Shown here: positions 1 to 11,300 of the stretch, one piece after another | Layout of the letters: every line of letters begins with the position of its first letter | Numbering within the stretch: the first letter of the stretch is position 1 | Source of the DNA: Ginglymostoma cirratum | Lineage: Eukaryota | NCBI GenBank assembly: GCA_024137785.1 | Contig: JAHRHZ010000081.1 | Span: 15,323,245 to 15,387,244, forward strand | Direction: 5' to 3' | DNA length: 64,000 bases | Position numbers and translations under genes: made by a program | Notes under the pieces: model-generated | The model's input: the letters and a program-made list of their open reading frames with translations, nothing else | The model's database searches: none | Told to the model about the DNA's origin: nothing

Positions 1-1172
1 TGGTTCAAACATGGACAAAAGAGCTGAATTCTAGAGGTGAAGCGGCAGTGACAGCGCTTGACATCAAAGCTGCATTCGACCAAGTGTGCTATCAAGGAGC
101 CCCAGCAAAACTAGAATCAGTGGGTATCAGGGTGAAAATTCTGTGCTGGTTGGAGTCATACCTGACACACAGGAAGATGGTTGTGGTTGTTGGAGGTCAG
201 TCATCTCAGCTCCAGGGCATTTTCTGCAGGATTTTCTCAGGGTAGTGTCCTAGGCCCAACCATCTTCACCTGCTTCGTCAATGACCTTCCCTCCATCATA
301 AAGTCAGAAGTGGGGATGTTTGCTTATGATTACACAATGTTCGGCACCATTCATGACTCCTCAGAAACTGAAGCAGTCCATATTCAAATGTAACAAGATC
401 TGGACAATATTCAGGTTTGGGCTGGCAAATGGCAAGTGATATTTGCACCACACAAATGCCAGGCTGTGTTCATTCCCAATACGAGACAATATAACCACGA
501 CCTTTGGCATTCAATGATGTTACTATCACTGAATACCAGATTATCAACATCCTGGGACTTACAATTGTCCAGAAACTCAACTGGACTTACCACATAAACA
601 CAGTGGCTGCAAGAGCAGGTCAGAGGCTAGGAATACTGTGGTGAGTAATTCACCTTCTGACTTTCCAAAGCATATCTATCATCTGCAAGGCCCACATCAG
701 GGATGTGATGGAATACTCGCAACTTGCCTGGATGGCTGCAGCTCCAACACCATCCAGGATAAAGCAGCCCACTTGATTGTACCACATCTACAAGCATCCA
801 CTTCGTCCACCACTGACACCCAATAACAGCAGTGTGTACTGTCCACGAGATATACTGCAGAAATGCACCTTCCAAATTCATGACCACTTCCATCTAGGAA
901 GGCAAGGGCAGCAAACACATGGGAACACCACCCCCTGCAAGTTCCCCTCCAAGCCACTCACCATCCTGACTTGGAAATATATCGCCGTTCCTTCACTGTC
1001 GCTGGGTCAAAATCTTCCCTCTCTAAAGACGTTGTGGGTCTACCTACAGCACATGGACTGCAGCAGTTCAAGAAGGCAGCTCACCACCACCTTCTCAAGG
1101 GCAACTAAGGATGGATGATAAATGTTGGTCCAGCCAGGGATGTCCATGTCCCATGAATAAATAAAAAAAAAA
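1..1172 (+). mobile_element. Decayed non-LTR retrotransposon (CR1/L2 group), RT C-terminus to 3' tail
   Basis: Frameshifted ORFs 48..245 (ALDIKAAFDQV) and 181..393 (QGSVLGPTIF...NDLP...FAYD) are RT motifs. Ends in GAATAAATAAAAAAAAAA at ~1156-1172. Confidence 0.85.
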
Positions 1173-2759
1173 CTCTGGATGGAATCTTATAGGGATCTGA
1201 GCAACTTGGGCTATGGTAGGATTGTGACTAGTGAGGCTTATCTCGATGATGGGAGCATCTTGCTTCATCCTTTGTACTTTTGATAAGTGTCATGGTGAAT
1301 TTCTTGCTAGACAGCAGTGAGTTGCGAATTAAGGGGATTATTGTTTGTTAAACAGCTTGTTAATAGCCCAACTCGCCTTGTTAATACAAACAAGCTAGAT
1401 GATGAGAAAACAATGTTTTAAATTGGAGCAGGTATCTGGTGGATTCAGCTCACTGATTGCTCTGAAGGACTTCCAAGTTGGTTAGGACCAAACAGCATCT
1501 GGGCACAATCTAGGGGCTCCAGCCACATGCACCCTTCATCCAAGAACATTGGCAGCTGACAAATGCTAACTCTTCACGGATCATCATGGATTCTGTCCGA
1601 TACACTTTGCAGGCCGCTCATGAAGCACAGGCTTGGATTGCACGGGTCACTGGCAACTGCTATTGAAAGACTGCAGCAAGAACAGTGCACCCACAAACCA
1701 GATCCCAGATCGCCGATTGGATCAAGATCTATCTCGGGGCTATTCAATTGCTGGCTTAGTATTTGCTCACTTTGCGTCTGCTCAAACCATCTAGGCCTTC
1801 TTGTTGTCTGCCTTGCCCTGCCAATTGACGCAATCATACAGCCAATGGCTTGTCTTGCTGGTCAGCAGTCCTCAGTCAAAGGATGAGGGGGAGGTGTATA
1901 TCTCACTGAATGGCACTGTGCCATGTCAATCTCCTACCTACACCATGTGGCAACAGCTTAGGTGTCAAACCTACGTATGCAGCAAGCCAGAAGCCTTGTC
2001 TCAAAGTCCTAGTGGAGTCATCCACTGAAGCCTGTGGAGGTTCCCGTCAGTCAGAGGCTCCCAGCGCAGGGAGTCAGAGGGAGCCTCCAGTACAAGCCCA
2101 GGGAACTGGACATGGGCAGGCATCCAGTCAAGGGTGCAGGCTGTGTGCCTCTGTGGGCCTGGTAGTGGAGCACAGTCAGTGGGTCACACGTGGCCAGACC
2201 AAGGGGTCAGGAGATGGCCAGCCTCCTGTTAGAGGGTGTGGTCATTTCTCATCCAGCACTATCCAGATCAGTTGCTCAAGGGATTGAGCCCCAGGCAGTC
2301 GATTGGTCCCTACGTAGAACCTAAAGGTGGGGAGGGTTGGAGGAGCATGGTGGGGGTGGGGAGGGCACTGTTGCAGGAAGGAGACTCAGCAAGTTATAGC
2401 CAATTATAGAACTGGGGGGGCGGCAGGCTCGTAGGGGAAGGGTGGATGATGATGAAAGTGGGAGGCAACATAGTAATTGTGGTAAATACAGGAAAGGGGC
2501 TGTGCCGGAAAGGGGTGTTTGTCTGCTGTCTGGAGCAGCCTGGCATCATATCATGGTGCATTTTAGGATCACACTCGGCACAGTTACCTGATATGCCAGG
2601 AAGGTCAGGGAGGGGGTGGTGAATTGGTCGGGAAGAGATGATGGGCAGCTCTACGCTCGTGTAGATGGTTGGTTGGGAGCATGTGGAACTGTGAAGCCTA
2701 CAGGGTTCCCAGCAAAGGGCTATCATGGGCCTTATCAGTATGGAGAGGCAGAGGCTGAA

Positions 2760-3770
2760 AGACACAGGCCATAGAGCTCTCACTGTTACCTTCCATCACG
2801 CTGGGAAGAAGATGGAGCAGTGACCACACTTGGTGTGGCTGGGGTAGGCGTGTCTCATCCTGTGAGGGACGGGGCTCCAACACCCATGGATGTGAGGCCT
2901 CTGAGAGAGAAAGTAACATCAGGACACAGAACTGCAGGCCTTCAAATCCCTGGCCATCCTAATGGTAATAGACGTGTGGAAGCAGGCCATTTGGCCCATT
3001 GATTTCACACTGACCCACTTAAAGATCACCCCACCCAGACCCACCGACTACCCTTTCCCTGTAACCCTGCATTTCCATGGCCAATCCAACTATCCTGCAC
3101 ACCTTTGGACTGTGGGAGGAAACGGGAGCACCTGGAGGAAACCCACACAGTCTCGAGGAGAATGTGCAAACTCCACACAGCTGCGCACCCGAGGGTGGAA
3201 TCGAACCTGCATCCCAGGCGCTGTGAGGCAGCAGTGCTAGCCACTGAGCTACTGTGCTGCCCTAATGTATTGCCCCCACAACCCCCATCGCCCCATCCTT
3301 GCCCCAGATATCGCTGACTACCTCATTCACACTGATCCTTTTGGACACTGAGGCCGAGGAAAGAAATAGGGATGTTGTAGGATGAGGGCCAATGGTGTCA
3401 GCAAGAACCCAGCGGCCTTTGGACGCCCTGTCCCTGTTGTAGGTGCAGCGGGCTCCCAACACAACCATTGATCCTTGTGTTCAGGTTCTGTGTGGGCATG
3501 GAGTTAGGCTCTGTGCTTTTGAGCAGTGGAGCTACACCAAGAGACAAACATGGTGGGAGCGGCTGAGGGAAAATGTTGTAGGAATTACTGAGAGCGGGAG
3601 GTCGGTATAGCAGCAGAGATAGAGTGAGTGTGAGGTAGCAGAGAGAAGAGTGTGGCACTTAGCCTGGCAAAGCAAAGATGGCCATTGACCTTCCTGTGGC
3701 AGTGCTGGGTATTCCAGCAGATGGCGGAGACTGCACTGATCCGAAGGCCTTGTCGTGGACACCTCTGCTG
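2760..3770 (-). mobile_element. Probable PIF/Harbinger-type Myb/SANT-like gene remnant, interrupted by a SINE
   Basis: Minus strand 3740-3663 reads ISAVSAICWNTQHCHRKVNGHLCFAR, resembling the VSA..R...QCRKK.NDL helix of Myb/SANT-like (NAIF1/MSANTD-like) proteins. Exon-like AG..GT block at ~2790-2905; GC-rich flanks. Confidence 0.4.
2975..3262 (-). mobile_element. HE1-like tRNA-derived SINE
   Basis: Reverse complement begins GGGCAGCACAGTAGCTCAGTGGCTAGCACTGCTGCCTCACAGCGCC (A box), followed by B box GGTTCGATTCC. Same family at 22725, 45030 and 52802. Confidence 0.85.
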
Positions 3771-4479
3771 GTTCCTCTCCTCCTTTGCACCTTCCCATCC
3801 ACCAGGCCACTGTTGGAGAATTGCTGCGGCAGCTTCAGAAAGCGTCCTTGACCAAGCTTTCAGAACGTCTGCGCTTATCCTTCCAACAGTGGCCTTTTAG
3901 AGATGATGCAGATGCAACGGATATCCGCTGAGCAGGAAGCTGTTCCAGGAACATTGCCTCACAATATGGAACTGGAATCAGACCTGAGGGACGCCACAGA
4001 TACAGCAGGTTTAGATCGTTAAATAAGCAGGTTTAATAAGTTCCAGTTAGAACACTCACTAGCAGCGTTCCCACTTGTTTTATTCTTCTGGACGAACTTC
4101 CATGTGGGTCAGCATTTTCCGGAATCAGGAATCAGTGGTGCAACCCGTGTCAGCACGCCAGTAGCCGTGTGCAGAATGTCAGAGCGGCTGTGAGGGCAAG
4201 TTGCTAGTCTGCTTGGCGAACTACCCTTCAATAAAGCCGCACACAACTTTAGTGGCAAGCCATTCAGCTTTTGGTCCAAGAAGCAGGTTTGGAAAAAGAG
4301 GAGAGAGAGAGAGAGAGCTAAAGATGCAAGAGGTTTAGAGAGAGAAGTCCAGGAAGCAGAAGGTGCAGGCACTGAAGGAGTGGTTGGACCATAATGGATG
4401 AAGCTAGATGGAAGACTGGGTTGTCAGCAGTAAACAAGGCAAACTGTATGTTTGTGTTAAAGTGAAGTTATAATAAAGA

Positions 4480-5030
4480 ATATTGCTGAGACCATACCTG
4501 GAATATTGTGTGCCGTTTTGGTCTCCTTATCTGAGGAAGTACATTCTCGCTATAGAGGGAGTGCGGCAAAGGTTTAGCAGATTGATTCCGAGATGCCAGG
4601 ACTGATGTTCAAGCAGAGATCAAGTTGATTAGCATTGTATTCACGGGAGTTTAGATCTCATAAAAACTTATCACATTCTAACCAGGCTTGACAGGTTAGA
4701 TGTAGGAATGATGTTCCCAACATTGGGGCAGCCCAGAACCAGGGGTCATAGCTTAAGGATAAGCAGTAAACTTTTTAGGACTGAGATGACAAGAAATTTC
4801 TTCACCCAGAGAGTGGTGCGCCTATGGAATTCACTACCACATGATGTGGTTGAGGCCTAAACGTTATGTATTTTCAAGAAGGAGGTAGGTATAGCTCTTA
4901 AGGCTAAAGGGATCAAGGGATATGAGGGCGGAGGTGAGTTTAGGGTATTGAGCTCAATGGTCAGCCATGGTCACAATGAATGGGAAGCAGACTAAAGGGG
5001 TTGAATGGCCTCCTCGTGCTTTATGATTCT
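4480..5030 (+). mobile_element. CR1 LINE 3' fragment
   Basis: Encodes a decayed RPYLEYCVPFWSPYLRK...IEGVRQRFSRLIP CR1 ORF2 C-terminus; typical 3' UTR (ggggttgaatggcctcct). Confidence 0.85.
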
Positions 5031-5177
5031 ATACCCGTCACCAACGCCTATCATAGAAGTGTGAGCCGGTTGAGGGGTGCTAAATCAGGATGCAGAAAGA
5101 GTCACAATTGTAGGAAGAAACAAAGATCGTGGAAACTTCTGGCGCTAACTTTTAACTGCATTGTGTTTTTGTTTCAG

Positions 5178-5356
5178 ATATGTGTCAGGATCGATTGGAG
5201 AAGGCAAAATGCTTGGGGGCCACTGTTGTCTTGAAGGTCGATAAATGTACATGTCCTATGGAACTGGCCCAGAAAGTGAAGAACTCTCTCTGTGCCATGC
5301 CAGACATATGCCTTGAATGCACTGGCTCTGATACCTGTACCCAGGCTGGTGTCTAT
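5178..5356 (+). CDS. SORD: SORD-like exon (equivalent to human exon 7)
   Basis: tttcag|AT ATG TGT...GTC TAT|gtaagt; [60 protein letters not shown]. Confidence 0.93.
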
Positions 5357-8300
5357 GTAAGTACTGGGATTCAACACAGAGGTCCTGAGCTATTTTGAAA
5401 TCTGTCAATTAGTGCAATATTAGACAAAAAAAAAGCATAAAGCTAAAGATTGAGCAAGGATATTTTCTGCAATTCTCAGCTGGGTGTCCATATGTAGGCC
5501 AGGTGGTGGCATCGCTTGACCTTGAGTATGACATGTTTCTTTAAATTGGTGTATACAGAAAAACAATATACTGTATTCCAAGTGCAAATTTCCCAAAGAG
5601 ACTGGTAATATTTTATTGTCACAGTGAAAATTTGCCTCAGACATGTTATGACAAAACCTGAGGGGCAGATAGGATTTGAACCCAGTTGTTCTGGCCCAGA
5701 GGAAGAGGCACTACCTCTGCACCACAAGACCTAATCAACTGGGTACATTACAGGCACAGCAGAGGACACAGGATCCAGCTGTGATCATAGGAGCAAAGAA
5801 ATACATCACGCAAGGGAGACCATTTCTTCCATTATGTACGTGCAGGCTGTCTGAAGCAGCCTATCCGTTTATTCCAGTCCCCATCATCTTTCTCCAGAGC
5901 CTTGACAATTTCCTTCTTTGCAGCTGTGCAGCCGACTGAAAGTTAGGATTGAATCTGCTTGCACCCTCCTTTCAGATACAACAGTTCACTGCAGAAAGAA
6001 TTCTAGTTTCCCACTACATCGTTTGTCCATTATCTGGAATTTGTGTCCTCTGATACTAACCCAGGTCCCAGGGGAAGCAGTTTCTCCTTACCGCCTCTAC
6101 CAAAGACCTCCAAATTTTAATTGCCTCTACTCAATTTCCCCTTAACCGTTGACACTCAGCAAAGATCAGTCCCAGCTTCATCAGTTTCTCCATATGATTG
6201 AAAACCTGCATACAAAGGTATCCTGTATAGAATATTAACTTGTAATTCCAATATATGGATAGGTATTGAAATTTTATTTGGAAGAACAACACTTTTGCTT
6301 ATCAAATGACACTGATTTTTGAAGTCACTGCTGATTGGCATTGCAAAACCACAGCTCATTTCGTAGAAATAGAGCCAGGAATTGCAGATGCTAGGAATCC
6401 GAAACAAAAACAGAAATTGATGGAGAAACTCAGCAGGTCTGGCAGCATTTGTGGCAGCACAAGAGGTCACAGTACCCAAAACATTGCCTTTGCTTTCTCT
6501 CCACTTTCTGTTTTTGGCTCATTTCAAGGAGATACAATGTTTACAGAGTTCCCCAGAGAGTCTGGTGAACAGCTCCTTCCTAGCTCATCAAAATGGAAGG
6601 TGAATCATTCAGGAGTTAATGGTGGGGCTAAAGAAATATTCAGTCACTTTGGCTATGAGTTAATGGCTAAAGAAAAGCAATGAGAGACTTGAGCTAGTCC
6701 TTCTACAATCTTTGAAATACAAATCCAACGTATAGAGCGTGCTGTCTCTCCATGGATGCTGCATGACCTGCTGTGATCTCCAGCATTTATTGTTTTCAGT
6801 ACAAATTCCATCATCTGCAGTAATTTGCTCCTACATTGTGTTTAATTGACTGCCACATCTCTTCAAGGAATGCCTACTGTGAAGAAGTTTTGCTCTTCCA
6901 TCCAACAGGAATTCTAGTCGTCTCTTTCACTGTGTATATCTTCATTGCTTAATCTGAACTATCAACATCCTTTCTCCCCAGCACTCTACACTTCAATTCC
7001 CACCCCCAACAATAGCATAAATGCTGCCCCCTTTGCGTGAAGAATCATTTAGACACAAAGTGTTCACTTGTTCTCTCTCCATGGATGCTGCCTGACCAGC
7101 TGTGATCTCCAGCATTTGTTGTTTTTCTGTTGGAATGAGCAACTATCTCCATCTCCCCTTCTTTCCTAATTTGATTTATGTACTGAGCCCTGTTTAGCTG
7201 AGGGAAAGTGTCTACAAACCAACAAAGGCAGAGACTTCCTGCTGAAAAAAAAACTCTGGATTTTCTACACAGTGACTGCAGGAGAGAAAGAAATATATCA
7301 GCTAAGACTGGTGAGCAACTGCCCGAGTGACAAGCAAACATCCAGTGACGAGTCAGTGAAATGTTTATTGACTTTCCCTCTTGATCTGCGTCTTATGTGG
7401 CCAAGTTTAACACCTGACGTCTGTTAAGTCAGATCTCATTTTTGAATGCCTGGCAAGTACATGTGCGTTAGCACTCATTAAAGGGGGAAGTAGGGCATAT
7501 TTGTATGTTTTTAATGTGTATTAATTTTCACCTGGCTGTGCTTTAACAGTAAAACTAATCCATACATTTTAAATCAAACAGACCTATCTGGCAAAGTTCC
7601 TACAAACCGTGCCTACATTAAAAAATTGGCCTTTCGGCATTCTTTAAAGAACTCAAATTGGAACTAATCTTGTAAGCCTCCAGTGTGCTCATTCATGCAA
7701 TAGCATCATTCCTAAGGTTTGCTCCCAGTATTGTGTTATGGCATCCAGCTGAGGTTTAATTGATGGCTCATACATCATTGTCGTTGCTGTAGTTAGGCTT
7801 AAACAATAAGGCTCAGGAAAGGTGTGCTGATTGTCACATGTGACATCCACGTGCCTAGATCAGACTGAGGTCAGTACCTTTCATACCTTTGCTCAGTAGA
7901 GTCCATATATTAGAAAAGCCTTTAGCTGTGCTAAGGCAGCTATGGAAATGAGTGCAGTCGTGAACAAACATTTAATGGCTTTGAGTGAATTATCCTCCTT
8001 TATTTTTAATACTTGTGTAGCCTAGATGAGATTTGGATGAGCTCACATAACAATAATCTGTGTTCTTATTCACACAGTGAATAAGTCTCCCCTTTTAAAG
8101 TTTTTTTTCATGATAAAGATTTTTTTAATGTCCTATTTCCCCATTTAATGTGCCATTCCCTGTCACCGTGTTCCTGGTCATATCTCATGTCATTGTTCAT
8201 ATTGCATCAGTTGCAATGCTCGCCAGTTTCACTCCAAAGCTGATGCTGTTGTGTCTAGGCCCCTGCAGTCAAAGATGTTAAGTGTCCCTTTTAAGCTTTG

Positions 8301-11300
8301 TTTTTCAAATTTCTTTGCGGTTTGTACCTGTGCTGCAGAGGAGCTGCTGATCTCTGGAGTATTTGTGCAAAACAATAATTGAGGGACTTGCACTGCGTTT
8401 GTGCTGCGCTATAAACTTCTTTACAGCTTCTCTGCAAGGAAGAAGCTTGCTTTATTCACTGAAGTTTTCCTTGTTTTCTTTTGCAAGCATTTCAACTCAG
8501 AATTCTCAGTGCTGCACATATGTAGAACAGCATTTCAAACTTTATACAGAGATAACAAGGTGTGGAGCTGGATGAACACAGCAGGCCAAGCAGCATCAGA
8601 GGAGCAGGAAAGCTTGACGTTTCGGGCCTAGACCCTTCTTCCTCAGATTCTCCAGTATCTGCAGTTCCTACTATCTCTTTCAAATTTTGTATTGGCTTTT
8701 CCAGGTTTTTTCGAATCCTGGAAACCTGACTCTAGTTTTAACATTAATTCCTATGGGAAAACATGCTTCACTTAAAGTTGTTTCATTTCGTCATAATTTT
8801 CAGCAGTGCAACCCTGATTTTACGTGAGAACAATCAGTAAAAGGAATGTTGAATTGAGACCCATGAGGGTGATACCATACATAACAGGTTTGCTACTGGA
8901 TAAGTTATCATGAGACTCCGATTAAAGATCTGGGGACCTACATTCAAATCTCCATTGGTTACTTCAATTGTGGAATTTAAGTTCAATTCATTCAATAATG
9001 TGTCATATGTTCTAATGCTGGACTAATATGAGATGAGCATTAATTAGCCATTTAGGGCCTGAATTGGCTCCATGTGTCAGATGAGCCGCCCAATGCCTTT
9101 GACTTTAAAATTTCAAACAGGTTGAAGATGAGCAGGTAAACAAAGGGAAATCCTTCAAAGCCACCAGTGGGGAAGAGTGTAAACTCCAGCCCAAACTTGG
9201 CTTAGACATGACACTTATCTTTTAGGGGCTGGAGCTGCTTGGTGCCATGTCTCATTGTGTTTTGCTTTTCACAGGCTGTCAAACCTGGTGGGATGGTCGT
9301 ATTGGTTGGCATGGGACTGGCAACAGCAAATGTTCCTGTAACACACGCAACAGTCCGAGAAGTGGACATTCGGGGTACCTTTAGATACACAAACACGTAA
9401 GCATTCAGCCTCCCTTTACAGTTTGTTCTTTAAATACTTATGTGATCTGACCTGTGGAGGGACAATTGTGCGAAAAACACACACTGATTTGCCTTGAAAT
9501 CTCATATCTTGTAAATGCCCTGGAGCAAACCTTTATTCAAGGGCACTCAGTTATTCCAATGAGTATGGCAGCTCTTACACTCAAAGCAAACAGTAATGAG
9601 ACAAAAGAATAATTAAGATAACAAGGTCTGGAGCTGGATGAACACAGCAGGCCAGGCAGCATCGGAGCAGCAGGAAAGCTGACGTTTCAGGTCTGAACCC
9701 GTCAAAGGGTCCAGACCCGAAACGTCAGCTTTCCTGCTCCTCTGATGCAGCCTGGCCTGCTGTGTTCATCCCGCTCCATACCTTGTTATTCTCAGACTCC
9801 AGCATCAGCAGTTCCTACTATCTCTGAAAGAATAATTAAGTTTGCTGTGCGCTGCATTAGAGCCTATGAAGTCTGCCCGTTTTGCAAGAGGAGAGGATAT
9901 TGACTAGGGCACCAGGAGAAGGTCTTTTCTTTGAACATGTCGGAGGTGTATGTAGCCAATGCCAGGGTGGCTGGCAAAGGTGGCCACTCAGCTGGCTGCG
10001 TATGTTCAGACAGCCACTTATTTTGCAAGAGTGCCATCTGGCATTGTCATTGGCTTGACCTACTATCCCTCTTTTCACTGCCCCTCCCACTAACGTCAAG
10101 TCTTGCTACTTTGTGCAGGGAGTGGGGAAGTGAATGAGGTTGGTGGGGCATCCAAGGCCTCTTTCTGAGTGCGCCTCAGGGTCAGCCAATTTTTCATTCC
10201 TTTCAGTGGCATCTCTTGCATGGTTTCCAAAGTTGTGCAGACTAGATGGATTGGCGAGTTATGGGGATAGGCTGGCGGACTGGGCCTGGGTGGGAAGCTG
10301 TTCGGAGTGTTGGTGCAGACCTGATCGGCAGAATAGCCTATTTCCGCACTGTAGGGATTCTGTGATTCTATGGATGCTTTAGCAGTGCAGTGCTGCACTT
10401 TTAATAAAACCTCCCGCTATCAAGGCAGTCCCACCAGATAGGAATGCCTGTTAATTTTAGTGAATCAATGCTCAGGAATCCAGCTGCAAATCTGTGCCAC
10501 ATGGATGCTGGGAACAGTGGGCGACAAAAGTTGCAAAACCCACCAACTCGAACCAGCAGACAAAGGCCTGATTGAGTGCCTGTGGCACCTCCTGCAGTGT
10601 TGCACTCCAGCAACCGTGCACTGACCTCTCAGCCACACTCTAGTGTCTGGACTCGAGTTTGAACTGGAAACTTCTGCCTCTGAGGGTACCAGCTAACATC
10701 AGCCAGACACAAACAGAATGGAACAGCCTTCCGTCTGAAGTACTGTGTCAAGTTTTGGTCTCCTGACTTGGGAAAGGATGTAATTGCATTGAAGACAGTT
10801 GAAAGAAGATGGAAGTCTTGGCTGATGAGGAGAGACTGAGCAATTTAGACTCGATCTCAATAGAGTTTAAGAAGATGAAGGAGATTTAATTGAGATATGG
10901 AAGATGCTAAAGGGAGAGAGTTTGTTTCCCCTTGTGTGGCAATCTAAAAGGAGAGGTTATAGTTTTAGAATAAGGAGTGGCAGATTTAAAATAGAGATGA
11001 GGAGGAATTACCTCTCAAAGGGCTGAATTGAATACATTGAAGGAAGAGGTAAGTTTTTAATTAGTACTGGGTTAAAGGGTTAAGGAGAGTGGGCAGGAAA
11101 GTGGAGCTTGAGGCCAAGATGAGATTGTCCCTGACCGTATCAAATGGAGGAGCAGGCTCAAGGGGCTGAATTACCTACTCCTGCTCCTGGTTCTTATGTA
11201 CCAGACTGAAGTCGACCCAGTGTCTGACTGAAAAGGAACTAAGAAGGGGCTGATAATCCTTGTGGTAGCCAAGGGGTTCGTGTGTTGCACTGCATTGAGA

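Noticed and set aside
1-5177. Search for the preceding SORD exon (GPIG...AKAMGA)
   Set aside because: Not found by eye; presumably upstream of the window.
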